A stretch of DNA of 63,676 bases, the filler included, from Octopus bimaculoides (lineage: Eukaryota): assembly GCF_001194135.2 (NCBI RefSeq). It is 5 parts of 5 records of this genome, joined end to end, with 100 filler letters (N's around TTAATTAATTAA, not from the genome) between each part and the next. Parts side by side here need not be neighbours in the genome. Positions count along the whole stretch, not along the records: positions 1 to 26,815 come from NC_068988.1; 4 more parts are not named here. One strand, given 5' to 3'. The translations under genes and the position numbers were made by a program. Positions 12,026-24,576 of this stretch are shown here, piece after piece (positions within the stretch are counted from its first letter, which is position 1; each line of letters begins with the position of its first letter). The notes under the pieces are model-generated. The model did not search any database, was not told the origin of the DNA, and worked only from the letters and a program-made list of their open reading frames with translations.

Positions 12026-13944
12026 TATTTTTCTAACGCGACTCTCTCTATCTCTATATCTATCTCCCCCTCTCATTCTTCCCTCTACTGTTCTTCGCCT
12101 CTACCTGTCACTACTATCTCTCTCTCTCTCTATCTCTTGTTACTCGTCCTTCGCCTCTCACCGTTACTACTACTATCTCTCTCTATATATATATACCTCT
12201 CGTTGCTCACATTTATTCTACTTCCTCCCCTTCTTTTCCCTCTGCTACTCTTACTCTCTCTCTTTACACAGCCTTGGTCACGTGTGTCCGGCTGCTATTT
12301 CTTTTCGTTCTTGGACTCCCCAAGCTCGCACGTACTTCTTTGCCCCTCCTGTTCGTGCTTCACAGTGTTCAATACATACACACTTCACGTCTGGCTGTAC
12401 AGCCTTTTTGCTTGTTTGTTCATTCACCGTTTCGTTTTCCTGTCTCGTTTTCCATCCGCCACTACCCTCCACGAAAATAATTTAATTTGTGTTCGTNNNN
12501 NNNNNNNNNNNNNNNNNNNNNNNNNNNNNNNNNNNNNNNNNNNNNNNNNNNNNNNNNNNNNNNNNNNNNNNNNNNNNNNNNNNNNNNNNNNNNNNNNNNN
12601 NNNNNNNNNNNNNNNNNNNNNNNNNNNNNNNNNNNNNNNNNNNNNNNNNNNNNNNNNNNNNNNNNNNNNNNNNNNNNNNNNNNNNNNNNNNNNNNNNNNN
12701 NNNNNNNNNNNNNNNNNNNNNNNNNNNNNNNNNNNNNNNNNNNNNNNNNNNNNNNNNNNNNNNNNNNNNNNNNNNNNNNNNNNNNNNNNNNNNNNNNNNN
12801 NNNNNNNNNNNNNNNNNNNNNNNNNNNNNNNNNNNNNNNNNNNNNNNNNNNNNNNNNNNNNNNNNNNNNNNNNNNNNNNNNNNNNNNNNNNNNNNNNNNN
12901 NNNNNNNNNNNNNNNNNNNNNNNNNNNNNNNNNNNNNNNNNNNNNNNNNNNNNNNNNNNNNNNNNNNNNNNNNNNNNNNNNNNNNNNNNNNNNNNNNNNN
13001 NNNNNNNNNNNNNNNNNNNNNNNNNNNNNNNNNNNNNNNNNNNNNNNNNNNNNNNNNNNNNNNNNNNNNNNNNNNNNNNNNNNNNNNNNNNNNNNNNNNN
13101 NNNNNNNNNNNNNNNNNNNNNNNNNNNNNNNNNNNNNNNNNNNNNNNNNNNNNNNNNNNNNNNNNNNNNNNNNNNNNNNNNNNNNNNNNNNNNNNNNNNN
13201 NNNNNNNNNNNNNNNNNNNNNNNNNNNNNNNNNNNNNNNNNNNNNNNNNNNNNNNNNNNNNNNNNNNNNNNNNNNNNNNNNNNNNNNNNNNNNNNNNNNN
13301 NNNNNNNNNNNNNNNNNNNNNNNNNNNNNNNNNNNNNNNNNNNNNNNNNNNNNNNNNNNNNNNNNNNNNNNNNNNNNNATACATGCACATGCATATGTAC
13401 ATACTAAATGATAAAAAGACAAAGAAAATTCTCAAAAACATCTTTAATGGTTCGTTATGAATATAGCTGTATTAAGGATAAATGGTTTTATCAAGTGGCC
13501 AGCTTGAAATTAAAAAAAAAGACCTTGCAGGTAACAATTTATACTATTTTATGATTCTATACTGTAATTATAATAAAAGGTGCGGATAAACCCCACCAAC
13601 ACGCTAGAAATAGACGATAAATAGCTCTAAAGCCACATCTATTCTCCACAAGCTCATATTGTAAGCGGGGAGATGGTTAATTGTACATCGATTTCTGGCT
13701 TAGGGTTGTAACACCTCTTGCTGTCTTCTGTACAATATGCCGAAATATATAGATGCAAATATTTATACATACCCATACGGACAACATATCCACGCGATTA
13801 TATACATACATTTACATATATACACTCGTAAAAATGTAATTTTTTTCTCATCTCAACCACGTGCTTTTATTATCAAAATGAGATAGCAAGGCCTGGGCTG
13901 CGAGGAGTTTTCAGGACATTCACAAGGAAAAAGATATAGATATA

Positions 13945-13992
13945 GCCTTACAGCTGTTTCACGGTTATTATGGATATCCATTCATCAGAGAC
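13945..13992 (-). ncRNA. Minimal type-I hammerhead ribozyme, canonical core
   Basis: Minus strand: gtct-CUGAUGA-atggatat(ccata)ataaccgt-GAAA-cagctgU-A|-aggc. Helix III ACAGCUGU is a perfect palindrome; GUA triplet; stem II 7/8 paired. Confidence 0.75.
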
Positions 13993-14029
13993 GATGTGAG
14001 ATGGTTCAATAGAGATAAATATTTGAGTT

Positions 14030-14100
14030 CGGTGAGTCCATATCACTTACTTAGCGTCACCTGTCACTCTTTGGGTCTTCTACATACCATTACCTCTCAT
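14030..14100 (-). repeat. Dispersed repeat upstream of the 13945 hammerhead (second copy at 58972-59036)
   Basis: Shared blocks gtccataNcacttact, ctttgggtctt and accattacctct in the same order and spacing. Confidence 0.7.
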
Positions 14101-15170
14101 ATATACATATATACTCGAGACGTTACGCCCCCAGCATTTTTCCATCTTAAACTGAGTACCAACCTAATACATTCAATGTGAACATCCTGTTGACTTCTGT
14201 TGTCGTGTTTTATTCTTATTTTCGATTTGCCTGTATATATATACACTACTTACAGACATACGCCGTCTAACATGCAAATCTATGTGTGTATACATACTCA
14301 AACACACACATACAAGCACATACACGCACATACATATATAGCGCATATTTACATGTATGTGTGTGTATAAATAGACGTAATTGTGTATGTGTGCATGCAA
14401 TATTTACGGTCTACTTGTATACTTTTATAAGTAATATAATACCTATATAGAGCGCGATACAAACACTGGAAGTCTTCCATTCGCATACAGCTATAAACAA
14501 CGTTCATACACAGAGGCTCCATGGTAAATAGATATATTACAATTGAATAAAATAAGATACAACTAGATTCATTGCTTGCGCAACGAGATTCATTCATCAC
14601 AAGGAGAATATGGACATGAAATCAATAAGAAGACGTTGATAAAACTCTGGCTAAATTTAAATATTGAACTGTAAAGTCGGTCATAGAGAGAGAGATGGTG
14701 GTGTTTGTATTAAAGGAACTTAAGAGATGATATGTGGGGAAGTTTATGCATGCATACGCAGAAACACACACATACACATATATTTATATATAGGTATATT
14801 ATATCTATATATATATATATATATATATATACGCCAACACCACGCCAACACAGGGATATATNNNNNNNNNNNNNNNNNNNNNNNNNNNNNNNNNNNNNNN
14901 NNNNNNNNNNNNNNNNNNNNNNNNNNNNNNNNNNNNNNNNNNNNNNNNNNNNNNNNNNNNNNNNNNNNNNNNNNNNNNNNNNNNNNNNNNNNNNNNNNNN
15001 NNNNNNNNNNNNNNNNNNNNNNNNNNNNNNNNNNNNNNNNNNNNNNNNNNNNNNNNNNNNNNNNNNNNNNNNNNNNNNNNNNNNNNNNNNNNNNNNNNNN
15101 NNNNNNNNNNNNNNNNNNNNNNNNNNNNNNNNNNNNNNNNNNNNNNNNNNNNNNNNNNNNNNNNNNNNNN

Positions 15171-15213
<43 letters not shown>

Positions 15214-15600
15214 TTGTGTGTATGAGTGTGTGTGTGTGTGTGTAACATGGTGTGATAAAAGGAGAGTTATATATGTTTTGTTGAGGTGTAACTTTACAAA
15301 AAGTTATGTGGGCTTTTTTTAATTCCGACGTTCACACGATTAGGAAGAAAAAATGTCGATCTCGAGAAGAATATATTAAAAACCTTACGTCGTCCATATT
15401 TGACATAAAAAAATGATGTAGATTGTGTGGTAGAAATGAAAACTTGTGATGATGTAAAATAAAATGTATGTATGCGTACATGTATGTATGCTTGTATACA
15501 TATATATGTGTGCGTATGCATACGCACGTACATGTATACATATATATATATGGGTATATAAACTTATATAAGCATGCATGCTCGAGCAAACGCACACACA

Positions 15601-15659
<59 letters not shown>

Positions 15660-16099
15660 TTGTATTTATACATACAATACAGTCAAATTCGTAATGCAAG
15701 TAATACGAATATGAGCTCCCCACAGCAATCAAAATCATATATCACATGGTTCTATCAAATATGTCTGACAATAATATTCACAATTCCCCGTTCTGCATAC
15801 TCCAGTTGAAGCTGCAGTAAGGAGTGAAACTCATTACTCAGTAAACATACTTTACCTACTTAGGTTACACTTGAGACGAGAAATATGTTAGTAAAAGTAG
15901 TTGGAGGTCTTATGTTAATATGTATCTAAATTTGAAAATAGACGAAGAATTTACAGATATATTTGAATTAAGTATTTATCAATTATAACTAGTTTGATGT
16001 GAATTATATCCGCTAAGCTGATTGACGATAGGAAATATTGAGTTATATGTAGGAATATGTATGTATATATTTAAAATGTTCAATACAATCACCGTTTTC

Positions 16100-16503
16100 A
16101 TAAGTTACGCTGAAGCAATTATCTTTGACGCAAAGATCAGCTTTAACAAGCCAAAGAAAGTTCTTAAACATCATGTCTACTTGTGTGGTAGAATGTGAAT
16201 TAATCCAGCGATATTTTAGCTACACTCTTTCTTTCGGGAACAAAGAAAAGAGGAAATAACTAACATACTAACATGTCAAATTGTGTTTGAACATCGATAC
16301 AATATGGCTGTACATTAGATATAATATAGAATATCTTCGACAGATGTAAACCATGCAGAAATGGAACTAATATATGCGCATTATGCACAGCTGAAAATAA
16401 CCTAATACCCATGAACTTCAATAAATCTGCTGACTGTTTAAAATTCAGAGTAGAGATCTTCATCAAATTCCATCACTTCGATAAACTCCTGATGAAAGAC
16501 TGA
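16100..16503 (+). pseudogene. Penelope-like retroelement GIY-YIG endonuclease C-terminal relic
   Basis: Hand translation across stops and frameshifts: ECELIQRYFSYTLSFGNKEKR...MSNCV*TSIQYGCTLDII*NIFDRCKPCRNGTNICALCTAE...LKFRVEIFIKFHHFDKLLMKD*. Matches the PLE pattern F..RY..H..SF / W.I / CxLC..E / R.E...KCRH..KFLL and the 35.4-kb relic. Confidence 0.75.
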
Positions 16504-17157
16504 AATGTTATTTTACCAGGTACTACTATATGCCTGAATGGGTTAACTAACACCTATTTACATAGAAAATTTACATACTCGCACTTTCCTTCTTAAATAC
16601 CACAGCTATGTATCGTATTCATATTCTCTCCCTTTTTCTATACGCATTATGAGTTGCTTTTTACCTCAGTCATCCAATATAGGTGTTGAACTTTTGAAGA
16701 ACAGAATCTTTTCTGTTTCTTAACTTCATTAGACTTAAAGGAAATAATTCTCACCAAATTAGTTATGAATGAAAGATATTTCTTTCACTACATAAGATAT
16801 GTGTTCAATTTTCTTTTCTCTAATCAAAACTAGATAAATATTACCTCAAAATCAAAGTTCGTTTCTATTTCATCATTTGTATTCTCCGTCAGTCTCAAGG
16901 AAATGAAAGCAGCTCAAAATATATATCAGATAAGTAATGAACTCTGATACTTATCATATTTTAACTCGGGCATACTTGATCGGAAGTTTCGAAAAGCTTA
17001 TAAATAACTTTTTTTTAGATATATATAGTTGTAATAAAAGATATTACTTGACTTGAGGTGGGTTTAGTTTACACATCACATACCTGTATGTGTATATGTA
17101 TGTGTGTATACATATATAGAAATACATATACATATATACATATATGTATAAATGTAC

Positions 17158-17207
<50 letters not shown>

Positions 17208-17217
17208 NNNNNNNNNN

Positions 17218-17250
<33 letters not shown>

Positions 17251-18146
17251 TGTGTGTGTGTGTCCTCTACCCCTCTCTTTCTTTCTCTCTCTCTCTCCCC
17301 ATATATATATATATATGTATATAGGCATGTGTATGTATACGCGTGTATGTATATATGTGTGTATATATTGCGTGTGTGTGTATACAGTTGCTTTTATTCA
17401 TTTCAACTTCTTAGAAGAAGTGATATCAAAATCAAACATCACACCTACTTCCCCACTTTACAAGATGTGATCGAATACTAATCTAATTTTTTTTCTATAT
17501 ATTTACTAAGAAAACTCCTTTTTACTTACATATAAAACGGTGATCCTTTTTTTTTATGGAGGTTGTATCACAGTTATATAGTGTTTACCTTTATCACATC
17601 TAATCGAGCTTTATAAAGTTGAAAGAAAGTATTTAAAGTGTCAGAAAAATCCATCATTTACGTTGGTATCTATTTCGTTAGATTTACTTTGCGTATTATC
17701 TGGAGATAACTGGTTTATTATAAGAAACAACGTCATTTTTTATTTTATTATTAAACTCCAGATATTTTCCTCCATCTTGCTGAAGTAACAAAATGCATGC
17801 GTTTGCAAAGATTACCTTGGTGTTTATATGTGTTCCTGTATATCCTTGGTGTGTATATGCGTCCCTTGGTGTGTATACGCTTCTGATTATGCGTGGGCTG
17901 TTTTGCGTATGATTATGTTTGTATATTTAGGTGCGCCTGCTTATAAATAAATGTGTGCTTGAGAAAGATAGAAGGCAATAGAAATAGAGTGCGTACATAT
18001 ATAAATAATATATATGTATATATATGTATATATATATATGTATGTATATATAAACATATACATGTGTATATATATAATATGTATTATATATATATGCATA
18101 AATATTATATTACATATACGTGTGCGCGTGCATGTGTGTACGTGCA

Positions 18147-18190
<44 letters not shown>

Positions 18191-18391
18191 CGTGTATGCG
18201 TGTATGCGTGCGTGTGTGTATTTGTATTTGTCTGTGAGATGGAGAGCAAATTTTGATGGATCGAAAATCTATTAGATTATGGGCTGACTCGGGAACTTTA
18301 AAGAGATTGCAGTGATGTGAATATTTAAGAGATATACACCTATCTACAAAAGCTAAGATAGACAATGATATATAGACATAGATTGATGTAG

Positions 18392-18457
<66 letters not shown>

Positions 18458-19489
18458 AGAGAGAGAGAAAGAACGGGAGAGAGTGATAGAGTTTGGAGAA
18501 GGTATTTTCTGATAGCTCACACAATATTTTATTAAAATTTCTTGAACATATTTAATAATATGAAACATCATTCTTAGGAGTCCAGCTTTCCTCTTCCCTA
18601 TTTTTATCCTTATTATTTATAAATGTATTTTTATGTTATTCTTTTTGATATCTCATTCTATCGTGCATAATTCTGTGTCAGCCACGGCAAAGATTCCTCT
18701 CGATTAAGTTTCCTTTTAAGTTTCATCCGCCTCTCAGCCATATTTTTACAAAATCAAAATTATATTTCTGAAACAATATTATCAGAATGCGGATATTTGC
18801 TTTGGTGAAAAGTTTTCTCAGCGTGTTAAGAGAGAAAGTCGGTTGCTTACGGGTGAGAACGTCAATGGTATTTGATGTCGTGGAAAACTTTTGGTTAGAA
18901 TGAAAATCCACGGGTGGTGCGAATGGTAATCTGGGAATAGAATGCGGATGTATATATTCGAAGTGTATAAATACTACCTGAAGTCTCTAAATTCATATAT
19001 TTATGCATACAGATATAGATGTGTGTGTGTTTGTGTGTGTGTGTAATTGTATATGTACGCATGTGTATGCATATATTTAAGTATGTTTATGCATTATATA
19101 GACGGGTATATGCACGTGTTTGATGTGTTACTGTATGCACACAGATGTATATAGATGCGTATGTATGTATGCGTGTACATGCGTGTATGTATACGCGTAT
19201 GTGTCTCTATGTAAGTATATAGATGAACATATATATGTGTGTGTATATACATGTATATATATTCGCGTGTGTGTATGTTTATATATATATATCTGTGTGT
19301 GTTTGTGTGTGTGTATGTGTGTATGTATATATATATGTATGTACAGATGAGTCTATATATTTATACACTCATGTATATATATGTATGTATATGCGTAGAT
19401 ATGTATATGTATAAATATTTGTATATGTATGCATGAATATGCATCTATGAGTGTTTGTCTGTGAATGCTTATGTTTATGTGTGTGTCCG

Positions 19490-19531
<42 letters not shown>

Positions 19532-19894
19532 TGCATGTGTGCGTAGGTCCGCGCGCGAGCTTGTGTACATTTAAAAGTGCTTTATCCGAGAACAAATGTT
19601 CTCTAATTTTATTCAATCTTGACATTGTGTCTAATTTTGGAAACGGTAGACAGGAATTTATGTGAACAATATTTAGCAATTCTGTTGGGAGAGAGAAAAC
19701 GTGCTAAAGAATGGTTTATTCAAAATATATTCCTCAATGTTTAAATTTAAAATTATGTTACGAACTGACTGTTGAAGTAAAAGTCGAAAATATCGATGAG
19801 CGAAAGTGAACAGCACGCACTTAGGCACACATTGAAATGCCAACACATACACACACGTGCGCATTTTCATAGACTCTCTTCATCAATCTCTCTT

Positions 19895-19950
19895 TATCTA
19901 TCTATCTGTCTATTTATCTATCTATCTATCTATTTATCTATCTATCTATG

Positions 19951-19986
<36 letters not shown>

Positions 19987-20062
19987 CGTCTCTCTGTCTG
20001 TCTGTTTGTCTGCCTGTTTCCCTAATAGGTTCTCTCTGTTTGCTTGTCTCTCTCCCAAGCTG

Positions 20063-20099
<37 letters not shown>

Positions 20100-20660
20100 G
20101 ATTCACTCAGTCTCTCTCTCTCTCCCTCTCTATCTCTCTCCCTCTCTCTCTCCCCCTCTATCTCTCTCTCCCTCTCTCCCTCTCTCTCTCTCTCTCTGTT
20201 TTACTCTCTCTCTGTTTTACTCTCTCTCTGTTTTACTCTCTCTCTCTCTGTCTACTGTCTCTCTCTCTCTGTCTACTGTCTATCTCTCTATCTTTCTCTC
20301 TTTTTCTGTCTCTTTTTAACAGTTTCTCACTTTCTCTCTTTCTTTCTCTCTTTCTCCTCCCTCTCTTATACAGAATCGTTTGCATACACTCACATACATA
20401 CGCATCCTCTCTTTCTCTCTCCGTCTCTCTCTCACACACACTCTCTCTCCCTCACTTTCTCTCTATCACACACACATTCTCTCTCACATGCAGACTTTCG
20501 CCCACGCACCCACTCTCTCTCTCTCCCACACACACACACCCCTCGCTATCTCATACACCCACCCCTCGCTATCTCATACACACACATACACACTCTTTCA
20601 CCCACGCACCCACTCTCTCTCTCTCTCTCGCTCTCTCTCACACACACACATACACACACG
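19895..20660. repeat. (TATC)n, (CT)n and compound CT/CA-rich satellite tract
   Basis: Direct inspection; includes short tandem units such as tctctctgttttac x3. Confidence 0.9.
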
Positions 20661-21005
20661 TACATATGCACTTGCCCACTTATCACCATACTGTTTCAAA
20701 GATGCTATGGCATAAAAAAAAACACACAAATTGATGGAAATTACGATGTTCGACTCTTTTAACAGCGTTTAAAGTCTACTTCATTTAATTGTTTATAGCC
20801 ACATGACTTGCTAATGAATGGAAGAAACTCCGCCCCATTTTTCAATGGCCGTTTCTCTTCAGTTGAAAAATTAAATCACAAAATTAAGTTCGCAGATGTG
20901 TTATAGATATTGAATATTTCCATTGCAGATTGTTTTACGTTTTGATTGTAATTTTATTGGACATAATATGGTAAGAACGAAAAGATAAAAATAAACATCG
21001 TTCAT

Positions 21006-21398
21006 CTTTTATCTTGTAATTCTTTCAGTCATTAGACTGCACTGCGGCCATGTTGGAGCACCGCCTTGAAAAATTTTAGTCGAACGAATCAACCGCAGTA
21101 CTTGTTTTATTTAATTTCTTTTTTTTAATCTAGTATTTATTCTGTTCGGTTTCTTTTGGCGAATTGCAATCTTACGAGGATATAAACATACCAACACCGA
21201 TTTCAAACAATGTGTGTGTGAGGGGAACAAACACAGACACAAATACTATAGCATCCGACTACTAAATCCACTCAAAAGTCTTTGGTCGGCCCGCGGCTAT
21301 AAAAGAAGATACTTGCCCAGTGTGCCACCCAGTAGGTCTGAACCCGGAACCATGTGGCTGGGAAACAAGCTTCTTACCACACAGCCATGCCGACTCCT
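21006..21398 (-). mobile_element. SINE family A, near full length
   Basis: Reverse complement runs from the head (ggctgtgtggtaagaagcttg...ggttccgggttcag) to the tail (gactgaaag). Confidence 0.85.
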
Positions 21399-21744
21399 AT
21401 GTTGTTATCAAAAAAGAAACAAAATGGTATTGGATGGGGTATATGTCGAACAGCGAGAATTGAAACACTAAGATGTCCATTCTTAATAGGCTCTTTACGT
21501 TCCGGAAGATAGGAACGGGAATAATGAGCATAATTACTGGTATATTTCGTCAATGGAGAACCTTCCACGTAGACCTGTGGGTTCCAGCCACTTTTGGATC
21601 TTGACTCCTCTGATTCCTGTTTTATTCTTATGGAACTCTATTAGCCATTCGCTAACCCTATTATATTTTTAGAATTAAATATTAAGAATATAGAAAAGTG
21701 TTAAAACCGAAAGAAGTCCGTCGTATAGATCACTGGCCACTACA

Positions 21745-21887
21745 CATTCTTTTTTTTTTCTCTCCTTGTTTATTTCTGTGTTCCTTTCTGTGGAAGAGCG
21801 TAGGCTCGAAACGTTAAAGACTTTTTCACTTCCCAAGCGTTATACTAATACATCTGTTTCTTGTCTACACCACCTGTCTTCGTCTTT
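21745..21887 (+). repeat. Penelope-like terminal-repeat fragment carrying a variant hammerhead (copy 2)
   Basis: Homologous to the reverse complement of 1095-1235; truncated by a 10-N gap. Confidence 0.75.
21784..21819 (+). ncRNA. Minimal type-I hammerhead ribozyme motif, variant core
   Basis: cttt-CUGUGGA-a-gagc(gtag)gctc-GAAA-cgU-U|-aaag. Perfect 4-bp stems I and II, palindromic ACGU helix III; A6 is U, with an extra A after A9. Confidence 0.6.
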
Positions 21888-21916
21888 NNNNNNNNNNATA
21901 TATATATATATATATA

Positions 21917-22140
21917 TATATAAGTGTGTGTCTTTGGATCTATCTTTGACCCCCATCACCGCTTGACAACGGGTGTTGTTATGTTTACGTCCTCGTAACT
22001 TAGTGGCTTGACAAAAAGAGACCGATAGAATGAGTACCAGGCTTTAAAATAAAAAAAGTACTGGGGTCGATTCGTTCAACTAAAATTCTTCAGGTGCTGC
22101 CCCAGCATGGCCGCAGTTTGATGACTGAAACAAGTAAACG
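21917..22140 (+). mobile_element. SINE family A, 3' half
   Basis: cccccatcaccgcttgacaac...gtaacttag...agagaccgatagaat...ggggtcgattcgttc...ccagcatggccgcag...gactgaaacaagtaaa. Confidence 0.85.
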
Positions 22141-22304
22141 AAAAACAATGTTTTGTGTACGGTAGAATTATAAGGAATTTATTGCAGATAAATTTAAACA
22201 ACAAAACATTATATGGAACCCAAAGGTGATATCGAGTCTGGTTGAGAGCCATAGCTTTCAACGATGCGTGATTAGAACATGCGTGGTTTACTGGTGTAAG
22301 GGTA

Positions 22305-22354
22305 TTTCACGACACCGCGGTGTTTCGACTCTATTGTGTGTCTCCTCAGTCAAA
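22305..22354 (-). ncRNA. Minimal type-I hammerhead ribozyme, canonical core
   Basis: Minus strand: CUGAGGA-gac(acacaataga)gtc-GAAA-caccgcggtgU-C|. Helix III ACACCGCGGUGU is a perfect 12-nt palindrome; GUC triplet; G10.1-C11.1 present; proximal stem I imperfect. Confidence 0.75.
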
Positions 22355-23679
22355 GCTATACCGCTGGACCGATTCATCTGACAATATCACGGGCTCTTGT
22401 TTTATAGGAATTAGCAAACACATTATTCATTGATGCGTGTAGATGTCTGCTAAACAGATAATGATTCATGGGGTGAATACAGAACAAGGGGAATCTAAAC
22501 GATAACATATCTATTCAGTCTTATTACGTTTTTGGCAAAACGTATCATATCGCTGAATCGTGTGTTTATCATAATGTTACATTTATTTATTTTAAAGTTA
22601 GTAATTGAAGAAGATCAAAACTACAAAACAAAATTAGTATAGATACATTTATCTCTACTTACCAACCTCTTTGTCTCTAATGCCCATATAAAATTCTCCA
22701 CCTTCCGGGGGTTAATATAACCTATTTAGAGAATCACTATGGCATCGGAAGAGTCCAATGAAAGCCTCATGTGCAATTCTGTACAGAAATAAAAGATAAA
22801 TTACTTTAAACAATTATTTTTTGCATTTAAATAATTTTATGCTTTTTCATGATCGGATGCTGCTTTTTTTTTTCTTTGCAATTATATTTGCATTCGCTGA
22901 ATTCTCAAGAGAATCTAAAATAGCATTGGAATACATTTACAGGAGTGCAATTTTCTTTATTATTATTAATGTCATGGTGACTTATTTCAAAATGCATGTA
23001 ATGTGTGGCTTTGACTGTACAATCCCACTGTACATATTTACGACCTAGAGTAGGTTAAAAGTTTGCAGCATACTGATAACAGATTAGGCGAAAGAAAAGA
23101 GAAAAAAAAAACGTTATTGACAAAGATAACGATGATTTGTAAGTTAAACAATAAATGTTACAATATGCTTTCATTTCACGTTCAAAGGCTTACTTTAATT
23201 TTCCAACTTGCAAAAAATGTTCTTCTCTCTCCACTCAATTTTCTGTTACGCTGACTCTTATTGAAATTCTCGGGAAAAAAAGATTGACTTCAAATAATAT
23301 AGATCCTTTCTTTTCTAATGTATTTTTTAAAATTATTTTTAATCCTTTACATTATTCTATCTTCCGTTTATTTATTCACATGGACGTAAAGACAAATTAT
23401 ATCGGATTATGTACATTGAGGAAAATATACTTAAGAACCTTATCGTATAAAAAGAAGGGCACGTAGTAGAGTTGAAAATAATTTAGGTTATATTTTACCA
23501 AAACTTAGGGGTTCAATCCTAAGCCGATGAAGGGATATTGTTTATTGAGACCACTTAATGCTGAGTTTACTATTGCTGCTGTTGTTGATGTTGTTGTTGT
23601 TGCTACTGTTGTTATCCCCGAGTCGGCCAATGAACAATGATATTTAAGGCAAACATCGCTTAATCATTGTTAGCTGCAA

Positions 23680-23849
23680 CAAGTGAGGTGTTCTCCACAT
23701 GTTACTCTTCAGGCCAAGGATATCTTGATTAAATGAAATGTTTCATTGTCACAAGAAGGTACTGGTTGATGCCTGGAATGTTCAATCAGAGTGATTGATA
23801 TCAAGATATCCTCAGCCTGAAGCGTAGCGTATGGTATAAACCTCGCTTG
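23680..23849. repeat. Foldback element with about 50-bp inverted arms
   Basis: Arm 23680-23729 pairs with 23800-23849; the inner 22 bp (ttcaggccaaggatatcttgat vs atcaagatatcctcagcctgaa) match 20/22. Confidence 0.7.
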
Positions 23850-23905
23850 GATATTTACCACTTCTGAGGTTCCGATCGCTTTGAAACTTAGGTAGCCCAG
23901 ATCTT

Positions 23906-24044
23906 ATCTAATCCACACACAAGGCTTTGGTCGGCCCAAGGCTATAGTGGAAGACACTTGTCCAAGGTGCCATGCAGTGGGACTGAACCCGGAACCATGT
24001 GGTTCGTAAGAAAGCTACTTACCATACAGCTACTCCTACACCTA
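23906..24044 (-). mobile_element. SINE family A, 5' half
   Basis: aaggctttggtcggcccaaggctatagtggaagacacttgtccaaggtgccatgcagtgggactgaacccggaaccatgtgg. Confidence 0.9.
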
Positions 24045-24513
24045 TATATATATATATATATNNNNNNNNNNNNNNNNNNNNNNNNNNNNNNNNNNNNNNN
24101 NNNNNNNNNNNNNNNNNNNNNNNNNNNNNNNNNNNNNNNNNNNNNNNNNNNNNNNNNNNNNNNNNNNNNNNNNNNNNNNNNNNNNNNNNNNNNNNNNNNN
24201 NNNNNNNNNNNNNNNNNNNNNNNNNNNNNNNNNNNNNNNNNNNNNNNNNNNNNNNNNNNNNNNNNNNNNNNNNNNNNNNNNNNNNNNNNNNNNNNNNNNN
24301 NNNNNNNNNNNNNNNNNNNNNNNNNNNNNNNNNNNNNNNNNNNNNNNNNNNNNNNNNNNNNNNNNNNNNNNNNNNNNNNNNNNNNNNNNNNNNNNNNNNN
24401 NNNNNNNNNNNNNNNNNNNNNNNNNNNNNNNNNNNNNNNNNNNNNNNNNNNNNNNNNNNNNNNNNNNNNNNNNNNNNNNNNNNNNNNNNNNNNNNNNNNN
24501 NNNNNNNNNNNNN

Positions 24514-24576
<63 letters not shown>

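Noticed and set aside
12260-12496. CpG-richer unique segment with an E-box and a 64-aa minus-strand ORF
   Set aside because: No coding similarity; a promoter role cannot be supported from sequence alone.
16486-16510. ctgatga-aagact-gaaa
   Set aside because: No stem II; the bases are the LMKD(W) codons at the end of the Penelope ORF relic.
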